This document shows, piece after piece, positions 10,534 through 18,999 of a stretch of DNA of 32,000 nucleotides. The position numbers and the translations under genes were made by a program. Origin of the DNA: Delftia acidovorans NBRC 14950 (GTDB lineage Bacteria; Pseudomonadota; Gammaproteobacteria; Burkholderiales; Burkholderiaceae_C); NCBI RefSeq assembly GCF_001598795.1, contig NZ_BCZP01000018.1, forward strand, positions 1 through 32,000, given 5' to 3'. The notes under the pieces were generated by a model, which saw only the letters and a program-made list of their open reading frames with translations, did not search any database and was not told the DNA's origin. Each line of letters opens with the position of its first letter. The first letter of the stretch is position 1.

Positions 10534-11616
10534 ATGAGCCAAGTCCTGCGCCAGCATGCCGAACAGCAATTCGCCGAAGAACTCGAAGCCCTGCGCAAGG
10601 TGGACGACCGTCCGCGTCCGCCCAACTGGAAGCTCTCGCCCTGGGCCGTGCTCCAGTACCTGATGGGCGGCAAGCTCGGCAACGGCTTTGAAGTCAGCCC
10701 CAAGTACATCGGCAATCCGCGCCTGATGGAAATCGCCGTCTCCACCCTGGCCACAGACCGCGCCCTGCTGCTATACGGCGTGCCGGGCACGGCCAAGTCC
10801 TGGGTGTCCGAGCACCTGTCGGCCGCCGTCAGCGGCGACTCCACCATGCTGGTGCAGGGCACGGCCGGCACCAGCGAGGAGCAACTGCGCTACGGCTGGA
10901 ACTATGCCCAGCTGCTGGCCCACGGCCCGTCCGAGAAGGCGCTGATCCCCAGCCCCCTGGTCAATGCCATGAAGCTGGGCAAGATCGCCCGCATCGAAGA
11001 GCTGACCCGCATCCCGGCCGACGTGCAGGACACGCTGATCACCGTGCTGTCCGAAAAGACCCTGCCCGTGCCCGAGCTGGGCAGCGAAGTGCAGGCCGTG
11101 CAGGGCTTCTCGGTCATCGCCACGGCCAACAACCGCGACAAGGGCGTGAACGAGTTGTCCAGCGCGCTCAAGCGCCGCTTCAACACCGTCATCCTGCCCG
11201 TGCCGGCATCGCAGGACGAAGAGGTGCAGATCGTCACCAAGCGCGTGGCCGAGCAGGGCCGCGCCCTGGCCCTGCCCGCCGAGCCGCCGGCCCTGCAGGA
11301 AGTGCGCCGCGTGGTGCAGATCTTCCGCGAGCTGCGCAACGGCCAGACCGAAGACGGCAAGACCGTGCGCGTCAAGTCGCCCAGCAGCACGCTGTCCACG
11401 GCCGAGGCCATCTCGGTCATCAACAGCGGCATGGCGCTGGCCGGGCATTTCGGCGACGGCGTGCTGCGCGCGGGCGATGTGGCCTCGGGCCTGCTGGGCG
11501 CCGTGATCAAGGACCCGGTGCAGGACAGCGTGGTCTGGAAGGAATACCTGGAGACCGTGGTCAAGGAGCGCAGCGACTGGAAGGATCTGTACCGCGCCTG
11601 CCGCGAGCAGCTCTGA
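10534..11616 (+). CDS. MoxR-like AAA+ ATPase (AAA_5 type, YehL-like)
   Basis: Start chosen at MSQVLRQHAEQQF (ATG 10534), giving 360 aa. Walker A GVPGTAKS (10777-10800), Walker B-like IARIEEL (10984-11004), and the downstream AAA_5 pattern VIATANN...LSSALKRRF. Confidence 0.9.
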   Translation: MSQVLRQHAEQQFAEELEALRKVDDRPRPPNWKLSPWAVLQYLMGGKLGNGFEVSPKYIGNPRLMEIAVSTLATDRALLLYGVPGTAKSWVSEHLSAAVSGDSTMLVQGTAGTSEEQLRYGWNYAQLLAHGPSEKALIPSPLVNAMKLGKIARIEELTRIPADVQDTLITVLSEKTLPVPELGSEVQAVQGFSVIATANNRDKGVNELSSALKRRFNTVILPVPASQDEEVQIVTKRVAEQGRALALPAEPPALQEVRRVVQIFRELRNGQTEDGKTVRVKSPSSTLSTAEAISVINSGMALAGHFGDGVLRAGDVASGLLGAVIKDPVQDSVVWKEYLETVVKERSDWKDLYRACREQL

Positions 11617-11667
11617 AGCCCCCAGTCCCGCACCGCTGACCGACCGCACCCTCTGCGCATCCCCTGT

Positions 11668-14325
11668 ATGGCCACCTCTGCCAATCCGCTTCATTTCTTC
11701 GGCATCCGCCACCATGGCCCGGGCTGCGCGCGCAGCCTGCTGCAGGCCCTGGAGCAGCTGCAGCCCGACTGCCTGCTGGTGGAGGGCCCGCCCGAGGGCG
11801 AGTCCCTGCTGCCCATGCTGCAGCATGCCGACCTGCAGCCGCCCGTGGCCATGCTGGTCTATGTGCAGGACAGCCCGGCCCATGCCGCCTTCTATCCCTA
11901 TGCCGAGTTCTCGCCCGAATGGCAGGCCCTGCAATGGGCGGCGCGCCAGGGCGTGGCCACGCGTTTCATCGACCTGCCCCAGACCCACCGCATGGCGCTG
12001 GACATGGCCGAGCAGGAGCGGCGCCGGGCCGAGGCGGCGGCAGCAGATGCAGCTGATGCAGGCGCGGATGCGGCCGATGGAGGCCAGGATGCAGATGCCG
12101 ACACCGGCTCCGATTCCGACTCCGACTCCGACTCCGACTCCGACTCCGACTCCGACTTCGACTCCGACTTCGACTCCGACTCCGACTCCGACTCGGTCGC
12201 CGCTGCGGCAGACGGCAGCCAGCTCCAGAGCAATGCCGCCGAGGCCCTGGACCGCGACGACACCACGCAGTCCGTGCCGGCTGCCGACCTGGCCGTCGAT
12301 CCCTCGGCACCGTCCCCGCAGGACTGGCACGATCCGCTGGACCTGCTGGCCGAGGCCGCTGGCTACCCCGACGGCGAAAGCTGGTGGAACCGCATGGTCG
12401 AGGAACGCGGCGACGGCGCCACCCTGTTCGAGGGCATTGCCGAAGCCATGACCGTGGTGCGCGCCGAGCTGCCCAACGAAGTGCGCGGAGAACGCCACGC
12501 CCAGCGCGAGGCATTGCGCGAAGCCTGGATGCGCCAGTGCATGCGCGAGGCCGTCAAGGCCGGCCACCAGCGCATTGCCGTGGTCTGCGGCGCATGGCAT
12601 GTGCCGGCCCTGCAGGCCCAGGTCACCGCCAAGGCCGATGCCGCCACGCTCAAGGGCCTGCCCAAGGCCAAGGTCCAGGCCACCTGGGCACCCTGGACCT
12701 ACCGCAACCTGTGCTCGTCCAGCGGCTATGGCGCGGGCGTGGATTCGCCGGGCTGGTATGAACATCTGTGGCGCTGCTCCGAGCCTGTGCCCGAGTCCAT
12801 GTCTCAGTCCGCACCTGCTGCCGACCCGGCACGCGCCAGCACCCAGCGCACCGTCGGCTGGCTGGCGCGCGTGGCCCATCTGCTGCGCTCCAAGGACCTG
12901 GACTGCTCCAGCGCCCACATCATCGAGGCCACGCGCCTGGCCGAAAGCCTGGCGGCCCTGCGCGGCCACGCCAGCCCCGGCCTGCCCGAGCTGGACGAGG
13001 CCATCGTCACCGTCATCAGCATGGGCGAGCGCACGCCGCTGCGCCTGATCGAGCGCGAACTCAGCGTGGGCGACCGCATCGGCGGCGTGCCCGCCGACGT
13101 GCCCCAGGTGCCGCTGCAGCGCGACATCGAGCAGCAGCAAAAAAGCCTGCGCCTCAAGCCAGAGGCGGCCGCCAAGGTCCTGGCCCTGGACCTGCGCAAG
13201 GACACGGACCGCGAACGCAGCCACTTCCTGCACCGCCTGCGCCTGCTGGGCATAGAGTGGGGCAGCGTCACCACCGACCAGCAGCGCAACCGCGGCACCT
13301 TCCGCGAAAGCTGGCAGCTGCAGTGGGAGCCCGAGCTGGCCGTGCGCATCATCGAGGCCAGCCGCTACGGCGGCACCCTGGTGCAGGCCGCCGCCGCCAA
13401 GGTGCGCCAGGCGCTGACGCCCGAGACCCCGCTGCCCGAGCTGGCCAAGACCATCGACGACGCCCTGCTGGCCGACCTGCCGCACCTGGTCGATGCCCTC
13501 ATGCACGACCTGGCTGACCGCTCGGCCAGCACCGGCGATGTTTCCCAGCTCATGCAGGCGCTGCCGCCGCTGGCCAATGTGCTGCGCTACGGCAGCGTGC
13601 GCCAGACCGACACCCAGGCCCTGGCCACGGTGATCGACAGCATGGCGCTGCGCGCCGCCATCGGCCTGCCCCTGGCCTGCATGGCGCTGGATGAAGACGC
13701 TGCAAGACACATGCAGGCCACGGTGCTGCAGGCCCACGAGGCCCTGCGCCTGCGCGATGCCGAGGAGCCGCGCGAAGCCTGGTTCGGCGCCCTGCGCAGC
13801 ATTGCCATGGGCGACGCGGGCGCCGCCTTGCTGCGCGGCGCGGCCTGCCGCCTGCTGCTCGATGCCCACCGCCTGGACAGCGAGGCCGTGGCCACGCAAC
13901 TGGGCCGCAATCTCTCGCTGGGCGTGCCGCCGCTGGACGCTGCCGCCTGGCTGAACGGTTTTCTCAACCGCCAGGCCCTGGTGCTGCTGCACGACGACGC
14001 CATCTGGGGCGCCGTCGATGCCTGGCTGGCGCAGCTGGGCGAGACCCAGTTCACCCAGATCCTGCCCCTGGTGCGCCGCAGCTTCTCGGCCTTCTCCAAC
14101 CATGACCGCCAGAGCCTGGGCGAAAAGGCCCGGCGCGGCCAGGGCAGTGCGGCCGTGGCGGCTGCATCCGCAGGTGCCGCGGGTGCCGCAGGTGCGGCAG
14201 GCGATGGGAACGACGGCGCCTGGAACGAGGCGCGTGCCATTCTCGCCATTCCCGTACTCGATCAACTGCTGGGCCTGAACATGCCCGCGCAACCGCTGAC
14301 CCGCCTGCAGGAGGCCCAGCCATGA
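11668..14325 (+). CDS. DUF5682-like large protein (YehM-like) with an acidic Asp/Ser repeat insert
   Basis: 885-aa ORF. N-terminus HFFGIRHHGPGCARSLLQALEQLQPDCLLVEGPPE, and a long alpha-helical remainder. The stop overlaps the VWA start (ATGA at 14322-14325). The family name comes from memory of this gene neighbourhood. Confidence 0.75.
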   Translation: MATSANPLHFFGIRHHGPGCARSLLQALEQLQPDCLLVEGPPEGESLLPMLQHADLQPPVAMLVYVQDSPAHAAFYPYAEFSPEWQALQWAARQGVATRFIDLPQTHRMALDMAEQERRRAEAAAADAADAGADAADGGQDADADTGSDSDSDSDSDSDSDSDFDSDFDSDSDSDSVAAAADGSQLQSNAAEALDRDDTTQSVPAADLAVDPSAPSPQDWHDPLDLLAEAAGYPDGESWWNRMVEERGDGATLFEGIAEAMTVVRAELPNEVRGERHAQREALREAWMRQCMREAVKAGHQRIAVVCGAWHVPALQAQVTAKADAATLKGLPKAKVQATWAPWTYRNLCSSSGYGAGVDSPGWYEHLWRCSEPVPESMSQSAPAADPARASTQRTVGWLARVAHLLRSKDLDCSSAHIIEATRLAESLAALRGHASPGLPELDEAIVTVISMGERTPLRLIERELSVGDRIGGVPADVPQVPLQRDIEQQQKSLRLKPEAAAKVLALDLRKDTDRERSHFLHRLRLLGIEWGSVTTDQQRNRGTFRESWQLQWEPELAVRIIEASRYGGTLVQAAAAKVRQALTPETPLPELAKTIDDALLADLPHLVDALMHDLADRSASTGDVSQLMQALPPLANVLRYGSVRQTDTQALATVIDSMALRAAIGLPLACMALDEDAARHMQATVLQAHEALRLRDAEEPREAWFGALRSIAMGDAGAALLRGAACRLLLDAHRLDSEAVATQLGRNLSLGVPPLDAAAWLNGFLNRQALVLLHDDAIWGAVDAWLAQLGETQFTQILPLVRRSFSAFSNHDRQSLGEKARRGQGSAAVAAASAGAAGAAGAAGDGNDGAWNEARAILAIPVLDQLLGLNMPAQPLTRLQEAQP
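12109..12192 (+). repeat. In-frame hexanucleotide microsatellite (TCCGAC)n, about 14 units, encoding (SD)n
   Basis: Read directly: tccgat tccgac, then 12 more units, two of them the variant ttcgac. Translation is GSDSDSDSDSDSDSDSDFDSDFDSDSDSDS inside the DUF5682-like CDS. Confidence 0.95.
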
Positions 14326-15554
14326 ACACCGCTGCCACCGTGAACGATGCACCCCTTGCCGGCGCCGACCCGCAGGAGACCGCCCCCCAGCCCACCACCC
14401 GCCTGCAACGCTGGCGCCTGGTGCTGGGCCAGCCGTCCGAGGCCAGCTGCGGCGGGCTGGGCCCAAAGGGCAGCTCCATCGACGAGATGGACAAGGCCCT
14501 GGCCGCGCTCTACGAAGAGGACAACAAGGACGGCGGCCTCTCGCGCCGCGGCGGGCGGGGCAACTCCTCGCCCAGCGTGGCGCGCTGGCTGGGCGACATC
14601 CGCAAGTACTTTCCCAGCCAGGTCGTGCAGGTCATGCAGCGCGACGCCATGGAGCGCCTGAACCTGCGCGAACTCATGCTCCAGCCCGAAATGCTGGAGC
14701 ATGTGCAGCCCGACGTGCACATGGTGGCCGACCTCATCTCCCTGGGCTCCGTCATCCCGCAGAACACCAAGGAGACCGCGCGCATCGTCGTGCGCAAGGT
14801 GGTGGACGACCTCATGCGCCGCCTGGAAGAGCCCATGCGCAGCGCCGTCTCGGGCGCGCTGGACCGCAGCCAGCGCAACCGCCGTCCGCGCCACTCCGAG
14901 ATCGACTGGAACCGCACCATCCGCGCCAACCTGCGCCACTGGCAGCCCGACTACCGCACCATCGTGCCCGAGACCCTGGTCGGCTACGGCCGCAAGGTCC
15001 GCCGCCCGCAGCGCGAAGTCATCCTGTGCATAGACCAGAGCGGCTCCATGGCCAACTCCGTCGTCTACTCCAGCATCTTCGGTGCCGTCATGGCCAGCCT
15101 GCCGGCCGTCGCTACCCGTCTGGTGGTCTTCGACACGGCGGTGGTGGACCTGACCGACAAGCTCTCCGACCCGGTGGATGTGCTGTTCGGCGTGCAGTTG
15201 GGCGGCGGCACCGACATCAACCGTGCCGTGGGCTACTGCCAGGGCCTGATCAGCGAGCCGCGCAACGCCATCGTCGTGCTCATCTCCGACCTCTATGAAG
15301 GCGGCGTGGAAAGCGGCCTGCTGCGCCGCGCCTCCGAACTGGTGGAGTCGGGCGTGCAGTTCATCACGCTGCTGGCGCTCAGCGACGAAGGCGCGCCTGC
15401 CTACGATGCACAATTGGCCGCCAAGCTGGCCGCGCTGGGCGTGCCGTCGTTTGCCTGCACGCCGGACGCCTTTCCGCAGCTCATGGCCGCCGCCATCCGC
15501 CGCGACGACGTGGCTGCCTGGGCGGCAGGGCAGGGCTTCAAGACCAGCAAGTGA
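14322..15554 (+). CDS. VWA domain protein, CoxE-like (YehP-like), with an intact MIDAS motif
   Basis: 410 aa. MIDAS DxSxS = DQSGS (15033-15047), later GGGTD, and the N-terminal RWRLVLG motif typical of CoxE-type VWA partners of MoxR ATPases. Confidence 0.9.
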   Translation: MNTAATVNDAPLAGADPQETAPQPTTRLQRWRLVLGQPSEASCGGLGPKGSSIDEMDKALAALYEEDNKDGGLSRRGGRGNSSPSVARWLGDIRKYFPSQVVQVMQRDAMERLNLRELMLQPEMLEHVQPDVHMVADLISLGSVIPQNTKETARIVVRKVVDDLMRRLEEPMRSAVSGALDRSQRNRRPRHSEIDWNRTIRANLRHWQPDYRTIVPETLVGYGRKVRRPQREVILCIDQSGSMANSVVYSSIFGAVMASLPAVATRLVVFDTAVVDLTDKLSDPVDVLFGVQLGGGTDINRAVGYCQGLISEPRNAIVVLISDLYEGGVESGLLRRASELVESGVQFITLLALSDEGAPAYDAQLAAKLAALGVPSFACTPDAFPQLMAAAIRRDDVAAWAAGQGFKTSK

Positions 15555-15682
15555 CGGACGGCCGGTCGGCCCCGTGACCGGGCTGGCCGCCGGGCATCTC
15601 CTACATGGGCAGGACATGCCCAGGCCCCATGATGGCGCCCAGGCAAAAAGAAGTTCCCCGAACAATTCACTGGAGTAATGCG

Positions 15683-16660
15683 ATGGCTGGTGCTGGTTTG
15701 CTGATGCTGCTGGACGATATTGCAGCGATCCTGGACGACGTGGCCCTCATGACCAAGGTCGCGGCCCGCAAGAGCGTGGCCATGGCCGACGATGTGTCCG
15801 TCATGACCAAGGTGGCTGCACAGAAGACGGCTGGCGTGCTGGGCGATGACCTGGCCCTGAACGCCCAGCAGGTCACGGGCGTGCGGGCCGAGCGCGAGAT
15901 TCCCGTGGTCTGGGCCGTGGCCAAGGGCTCGCTGATCAACAAGGCCATCCTGGTGCCGGCGGCGCTGCTCATCAGCGCCTTCATTCCCTGGGCTGTCACG
16001 CCGCTGCTCATGGTCGGCGGCGCCTTTCTGTGCTTTGAGGGTTGCGAGAAGCTGGCCCACAAATTCCTGCATTCGCCCGAGGAAGATGCCGTGGAGCGCG
16101 AGCGCCTGACCCAGGCCAATGCCGATGCGGGCGTCGATCTCGTCGCCATGGAAAAGGACAAGATCAAGGGCGCCGTGCGCACCGACTTCATCCTCTCGGC
16201 CGAAATCATCGCCATTACCCTGGGCACCGTGGCCTCGGCGCCGTTCGGGCAGCAGGTCGCCGTGCTGGCGGGCATTGCCCTCATCATGACCGTGGGCGTC
16301 TATGGCCTGGTGGCCGGCATCGTCAAGCTCGATGACCTGGGACTGTGGCTGGGCCAGCGTGCCAGCGCTGCGGCCCGCGCGCTGGGCCGGGGCATCGTCG
16401 CCGCCGCGCCCTGGCTGATGAAGGGGCTGTCCGTTGCGGGCACGGCCGCCATGTTCCTGGTGGGTGGCGGCATCCTCGTGCACGGCGTGCCTGCGCTGCA
16501 CCACGCCGTGGAGGGCCTGGGCGAGGCCGTGGCCCAGGGCGCGCTGGGCGGCCTGTGGCGCGTGCTGGCGGTGAATGTGCTCAACGCGGTGGCAGGCATC
16601 GTGGCCGGTGCCATCGTGCTGGCGGCTGTCGAAGGCATCAAGCGCCTGCGCCGCCGCTGA
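15683..16660 (+). CDS. yedI: DUF808 family inner-membrane protein (YedI-like)
   Basis: Start at [20 protein letters not shown] (ATG 15683, GGAG 8 nt upstream). Collinear with E. coli YedI as I recall it (MAGSSLLTLLDDIATLLDD...[16 protein letters not shown]...APWLMK...FLVGGGI). Confidence 0.88.
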   Translation: MAGAGLLMLLDDIAAILDDVALMTKVAARKSVAMADDVSVMTKVAAQKTAGVLGDDLALNAQQVTGVRAEREIPVVWAVAKGSLINKAILVPAALLISAFIPWAVTPLLMVGGAFLCFEGCEKLAHKFLHSPEEDAVERERLTQANADAGVDLVAMEKDKIKGAVRTDFILSAEIIAITLGTVASAPFGQQVAVLAGIALIMTVGVYGLVAGIVKLDDLGLWLGQRASAAARALGRGIVAAAPWLMKGLSVAGTAAMFLVGGGILVHGVPALHHAVEGLGEAVAQGALGGLWRVLAVNVLNAVAGIVAGAIVLAAVEGIKRLRRR

Positions 16661-16707
16661 GTCGCGGCAAACATCGCCCGCCGGCCCTGGAGCCGGCAAG
16701 GCACGCC

Positions 16708-16732
16708 ACGGGGGCCGTACGGCCCCCGTTTG
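16708..16732 (+). terminator. Probable terminator hairpin after the DUF808 gene
   Basis: ACGGGGGCC-GTAC-GGCCCCCGT (9-bp stem) followed by TTTGCATGGAATTTTCG. The U-tract is weak and interrupted. Confidence 0.55.
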
Positions 16733-16967
16733 CATGGAATTTTCGCTTCGGCGCATCGCATTTGACTGTGGGCGCAAGCACATGCATTTCCCCTGGAACT
16801 CCGCAAGGCCAGGCGTCCTCCTGTCCCTTGGCGGCGGCGCAATGCGTTTGCGCCTGCCGGCCGCCGAGGCTCCGGGAGCGGCCCATTGCCGCAGCGGAGC
16901 CGTTGTCGGGACCGGGCGGCTGAATTCGCACCCGCACCGGTCCCTGGGTGTTCATCAGGGGGACTCC

Positions 16968-17576
16968 ATGATTTCCAACCTCACCAAGGCCAGCGTGCTG
17001 CGGTCCGTCATCGCCGGCTGCACGCTCGCGCAAGCGGGCAGGGCCGAGAAACTCAGCACCGAGCGCGCGCGCACGGCGCTCAACCGCATCTGCGAGCTGC
17101 TGCATCTGCCCAACGACCTGGCCGCCATCCAAGCGGAGCCGCAGCTGTACCTCGAATCCCTGGCCCACTTCGAGAGCCTGCCCCAGTTCGAGCTGCGCAC
17201 GCCGCTGGTGGCCAAGCTCAAGCAGGTGCTGGGCCTGCGCTCATCCAGGCAACTGACGCCGGCCGTGCTCGCGCAGGTCAGCGCGTCACAGCTCATCAAC
17301 CAGGGCCTCTCCATCATCGCCCTGGCCGATCTGCAGGAGTGGCTGCTCAAGCATGACCTGTCGCTGAGGCATAGCCCGCCCATCACGGATATCGACTTCA
17401 GGGAGGCCCGAAAAGCCATTGCCTTGCTCGACGCCTTCGACTTCGACACCGAATCGCTGGAATGGCAAATGAATCACCTGGCCCGCAAGCGCGGCCGGGC
17501 CAGGAGCCGGCCTGCCCCGGCTGCCTGCGCAGTGGAATCCCTGCCTGCCGTCAGCACCACAGGGGCTGCGCCCTAA
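16968..17576 (+). CDS. Hypothetical protein (202 aa), no recognisable family
   Basis: ATG at 16968 preceded by AGGGGGA and in frame with track ORF 16575..17576. The upstream extension overlaps the yedI end and its terminator. High GC3 codon pattern and an Arg/Pro/Ala-rich tail. Confidence 0.55.
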   Translation: MISNLTKASVLRSVIAGCTLAQAGRAEKLSTERARTALNRICELLHLPNDLAAIQAEPQLYLESLAHFESLPQFELRTPLVAKLKQVLGLRSSRQLTPAVLAQVSASQLINQGLSIIALADLQEWLLKHDLSLRHSPPITDIDFREARKAIALLDAFDFDTESLEWQMNHLARKRGRARSRPAPAACAVESLPAVSTTGAAP

Positions 17577-17608
17577 TATCGGGGCTTCCCAACAAGGCCC
17601 GATACACC

Positions 17609-18415
17609 ATGAAGTTCTCCTTGCTCGCTGCCGCGGCTGTGGCATTGCAACTGCTGGCGCCGGCGGCTGCCCTGGCGGCCGACGACATCGTGTTCAAGGA
17701 CAGCGCCGGCCGCGTGCTCAGGCGCAGCGACCTGGACAAGGCCGATGGCCGCTTCAGCTGGGAGCTGCCCTCCGCCACACCCGTCAGCCAGGCCGCGCGC
17801 GATGCCCATGCCTTGGGCCGCGTTGCAGGGCAGAACGGCGATTACCGCGCCGCCCTGGCACATTTCGAGACTGCCTCGAAGCTGGCGCCCCGCTGGCCCT
17901 ATCCCGTCTACGACGCTGCATTCACCTACCTGCTGCAAAAGGACTTTGACGCGGCCTATCGGCATTACCGGCGCGTGGATGCACTGGGGCCCAGGGGCTT
18001 CTTCACCGCCAAGACGGCCTTGCACAGCCTGCGCATGGAGCGTGATGGCAAGCTTCCCCAAGGCACCTACCTGCGCTACCTTGCCCTGGAGTGGGAAACC
18101 GACCGCGACAAGACGCGCCAGGCGGCCTTGGCCATGACCCGCGAGACGCCCGGCTTCGCTCCCGCCTGGAAGACGGCCGCCCACCTGGAGGACGACCCGG
18201 ACAAGCGCCTGGCCCTGCTGGACAGCGGCCTGAAGGCCGACCCCGATGCCGAGACCCGCGGCTTTCTGCTCCTGAACAAGGCCATGGTGCTGCGCGAACG
18301 CAACCAGATCCCAGAGGCCATGGTGATGCTGGGAGAGCTTGCGGTAGACCCGCAGTCTCCGCTGGATGTCGAGGCCCTGGCGCGGCACACGCTGGCGCAG
18401 TGGGCGCGGCCCTGA
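17609..18415 (+). CDS. Secreted TPR-like repeat protein (268 aa)
   Basis: Start at MKFSLLAAAAVALQLLAPAAALA|ADD, a Sec signal peptide with an AxA site. TPR-like helices (GDYRAALAHFETASKLAP, KDFDAAYRHYRRVDAL). Confidence 0.7.
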   Translation: MKFSLLAAAAVALQLLAPAAALAADDIVFKDSAGRVLRRSDLDKADGRFSWELPSATPVSQAARDAHALGRVAGQNGDYRAALAHFETASKLAPRWPYPVYDAAFTYLLQKDFDAAYRHYRRVDALGPRGFFTAKTALHSLRMERDGKLPQGTYLRYLALEWETDRDKTRQAALAMTRETPGFAPAWKTAAHLEDDPDKRLALLDSGLKADPDAETRGFLLLNKAMVLRERNQIPEAMVMLGELAVDPQSPLDVEALARHTLAQWARP

Positions 18416-18452
18416 GGCTGGCACCTGCACCTTCACCCGCCCTGCAGCCCGC

Positions 18453-18707
18453 TCAGCGCAGGGCGAGCTCCACGGCTTCCGCAGACAGCCCGTAGGCCTC
18501 CACGAAGACCTCGATGCGGTCCTGCGTCTGCGCGTTCACAAACGTCTCCATGCCCACGCTGTCCATCTCCCCTGACAGCATCTGGCCCGTATTCACGGGG
18601 CGGGTATCGAGCTGCTGCGCCAGCACGCAGCAGTCCTCTCCCTCCGGCTGCAGGCCGATGAGCCCCGTCTGGTTGTTGATGGCAATCACCCTGGCTTGTC
18701 TTTGCAT
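18453..18707 (-). CDS. Small hypothetical protein (84 aa)
   Basis: ATG at 18705-18707 preceded by GGTGGAG. Only this C-terminal part of the 277-aa track ORF has coding-like GC3. The sequence upstream is lower in GC and looks non-coding. Confidence 0.5.
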   Translation of the reverse strand: MQRQARVIAINNQTGLIGLQPEGEDCCVLAQQLDTRPVNTGQMLSGEMDSVGMETFVNAQTQDRIEVFVEAYGLSAEAVELALR

Positions 18708-18999
18708 GCTCCACCCTGTCGTCTGAATCCGTCGTTTCTGGAATGGCGAAAAGGCGCCGCCTTGTGCAACGCCCTTGCCTGTCCTGGCGACTGTAGGCAA
18801 GGCTTGGGGACGGCGGTAGAGGCCCGGGGCTTGGTGGACTGCCAAGGGAAATTTACGAATGGCTTTCGGAGATGCTGGATTTTCTGTTGAATGTGGCGGA
18901 TGTGCCGAGGCGGTTGCAAGGCGCTTTGACCCGGCGACCTGGAGTGGATGCACTCGACGCGGCATCTGCTGTGCGATGGCCATGCATGGCGAGGAATGC

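Noticed and set aside
12109-12192. Tandem repeat considered as a CRISPR array or an on/off phase-variation switch
   Set aside because: The unit is only 6 nt with no spacers, so it is not CRISPR. The unit is a multiple of 3 and lies inside a CDS, so slippage alters length, not frame.
8187-14466. 894-aa and 1231-aa minus-strand ORFs (8187..10871, 10771..14466) opposite the five-gene cluster
   Set aside because: These are GC-driven antisense ORFs with repetitive A/G/R/Q composition. The + strand frames carry clear SWIM, Walker A and MIDAS motifs and coupled start/stop overlaps.
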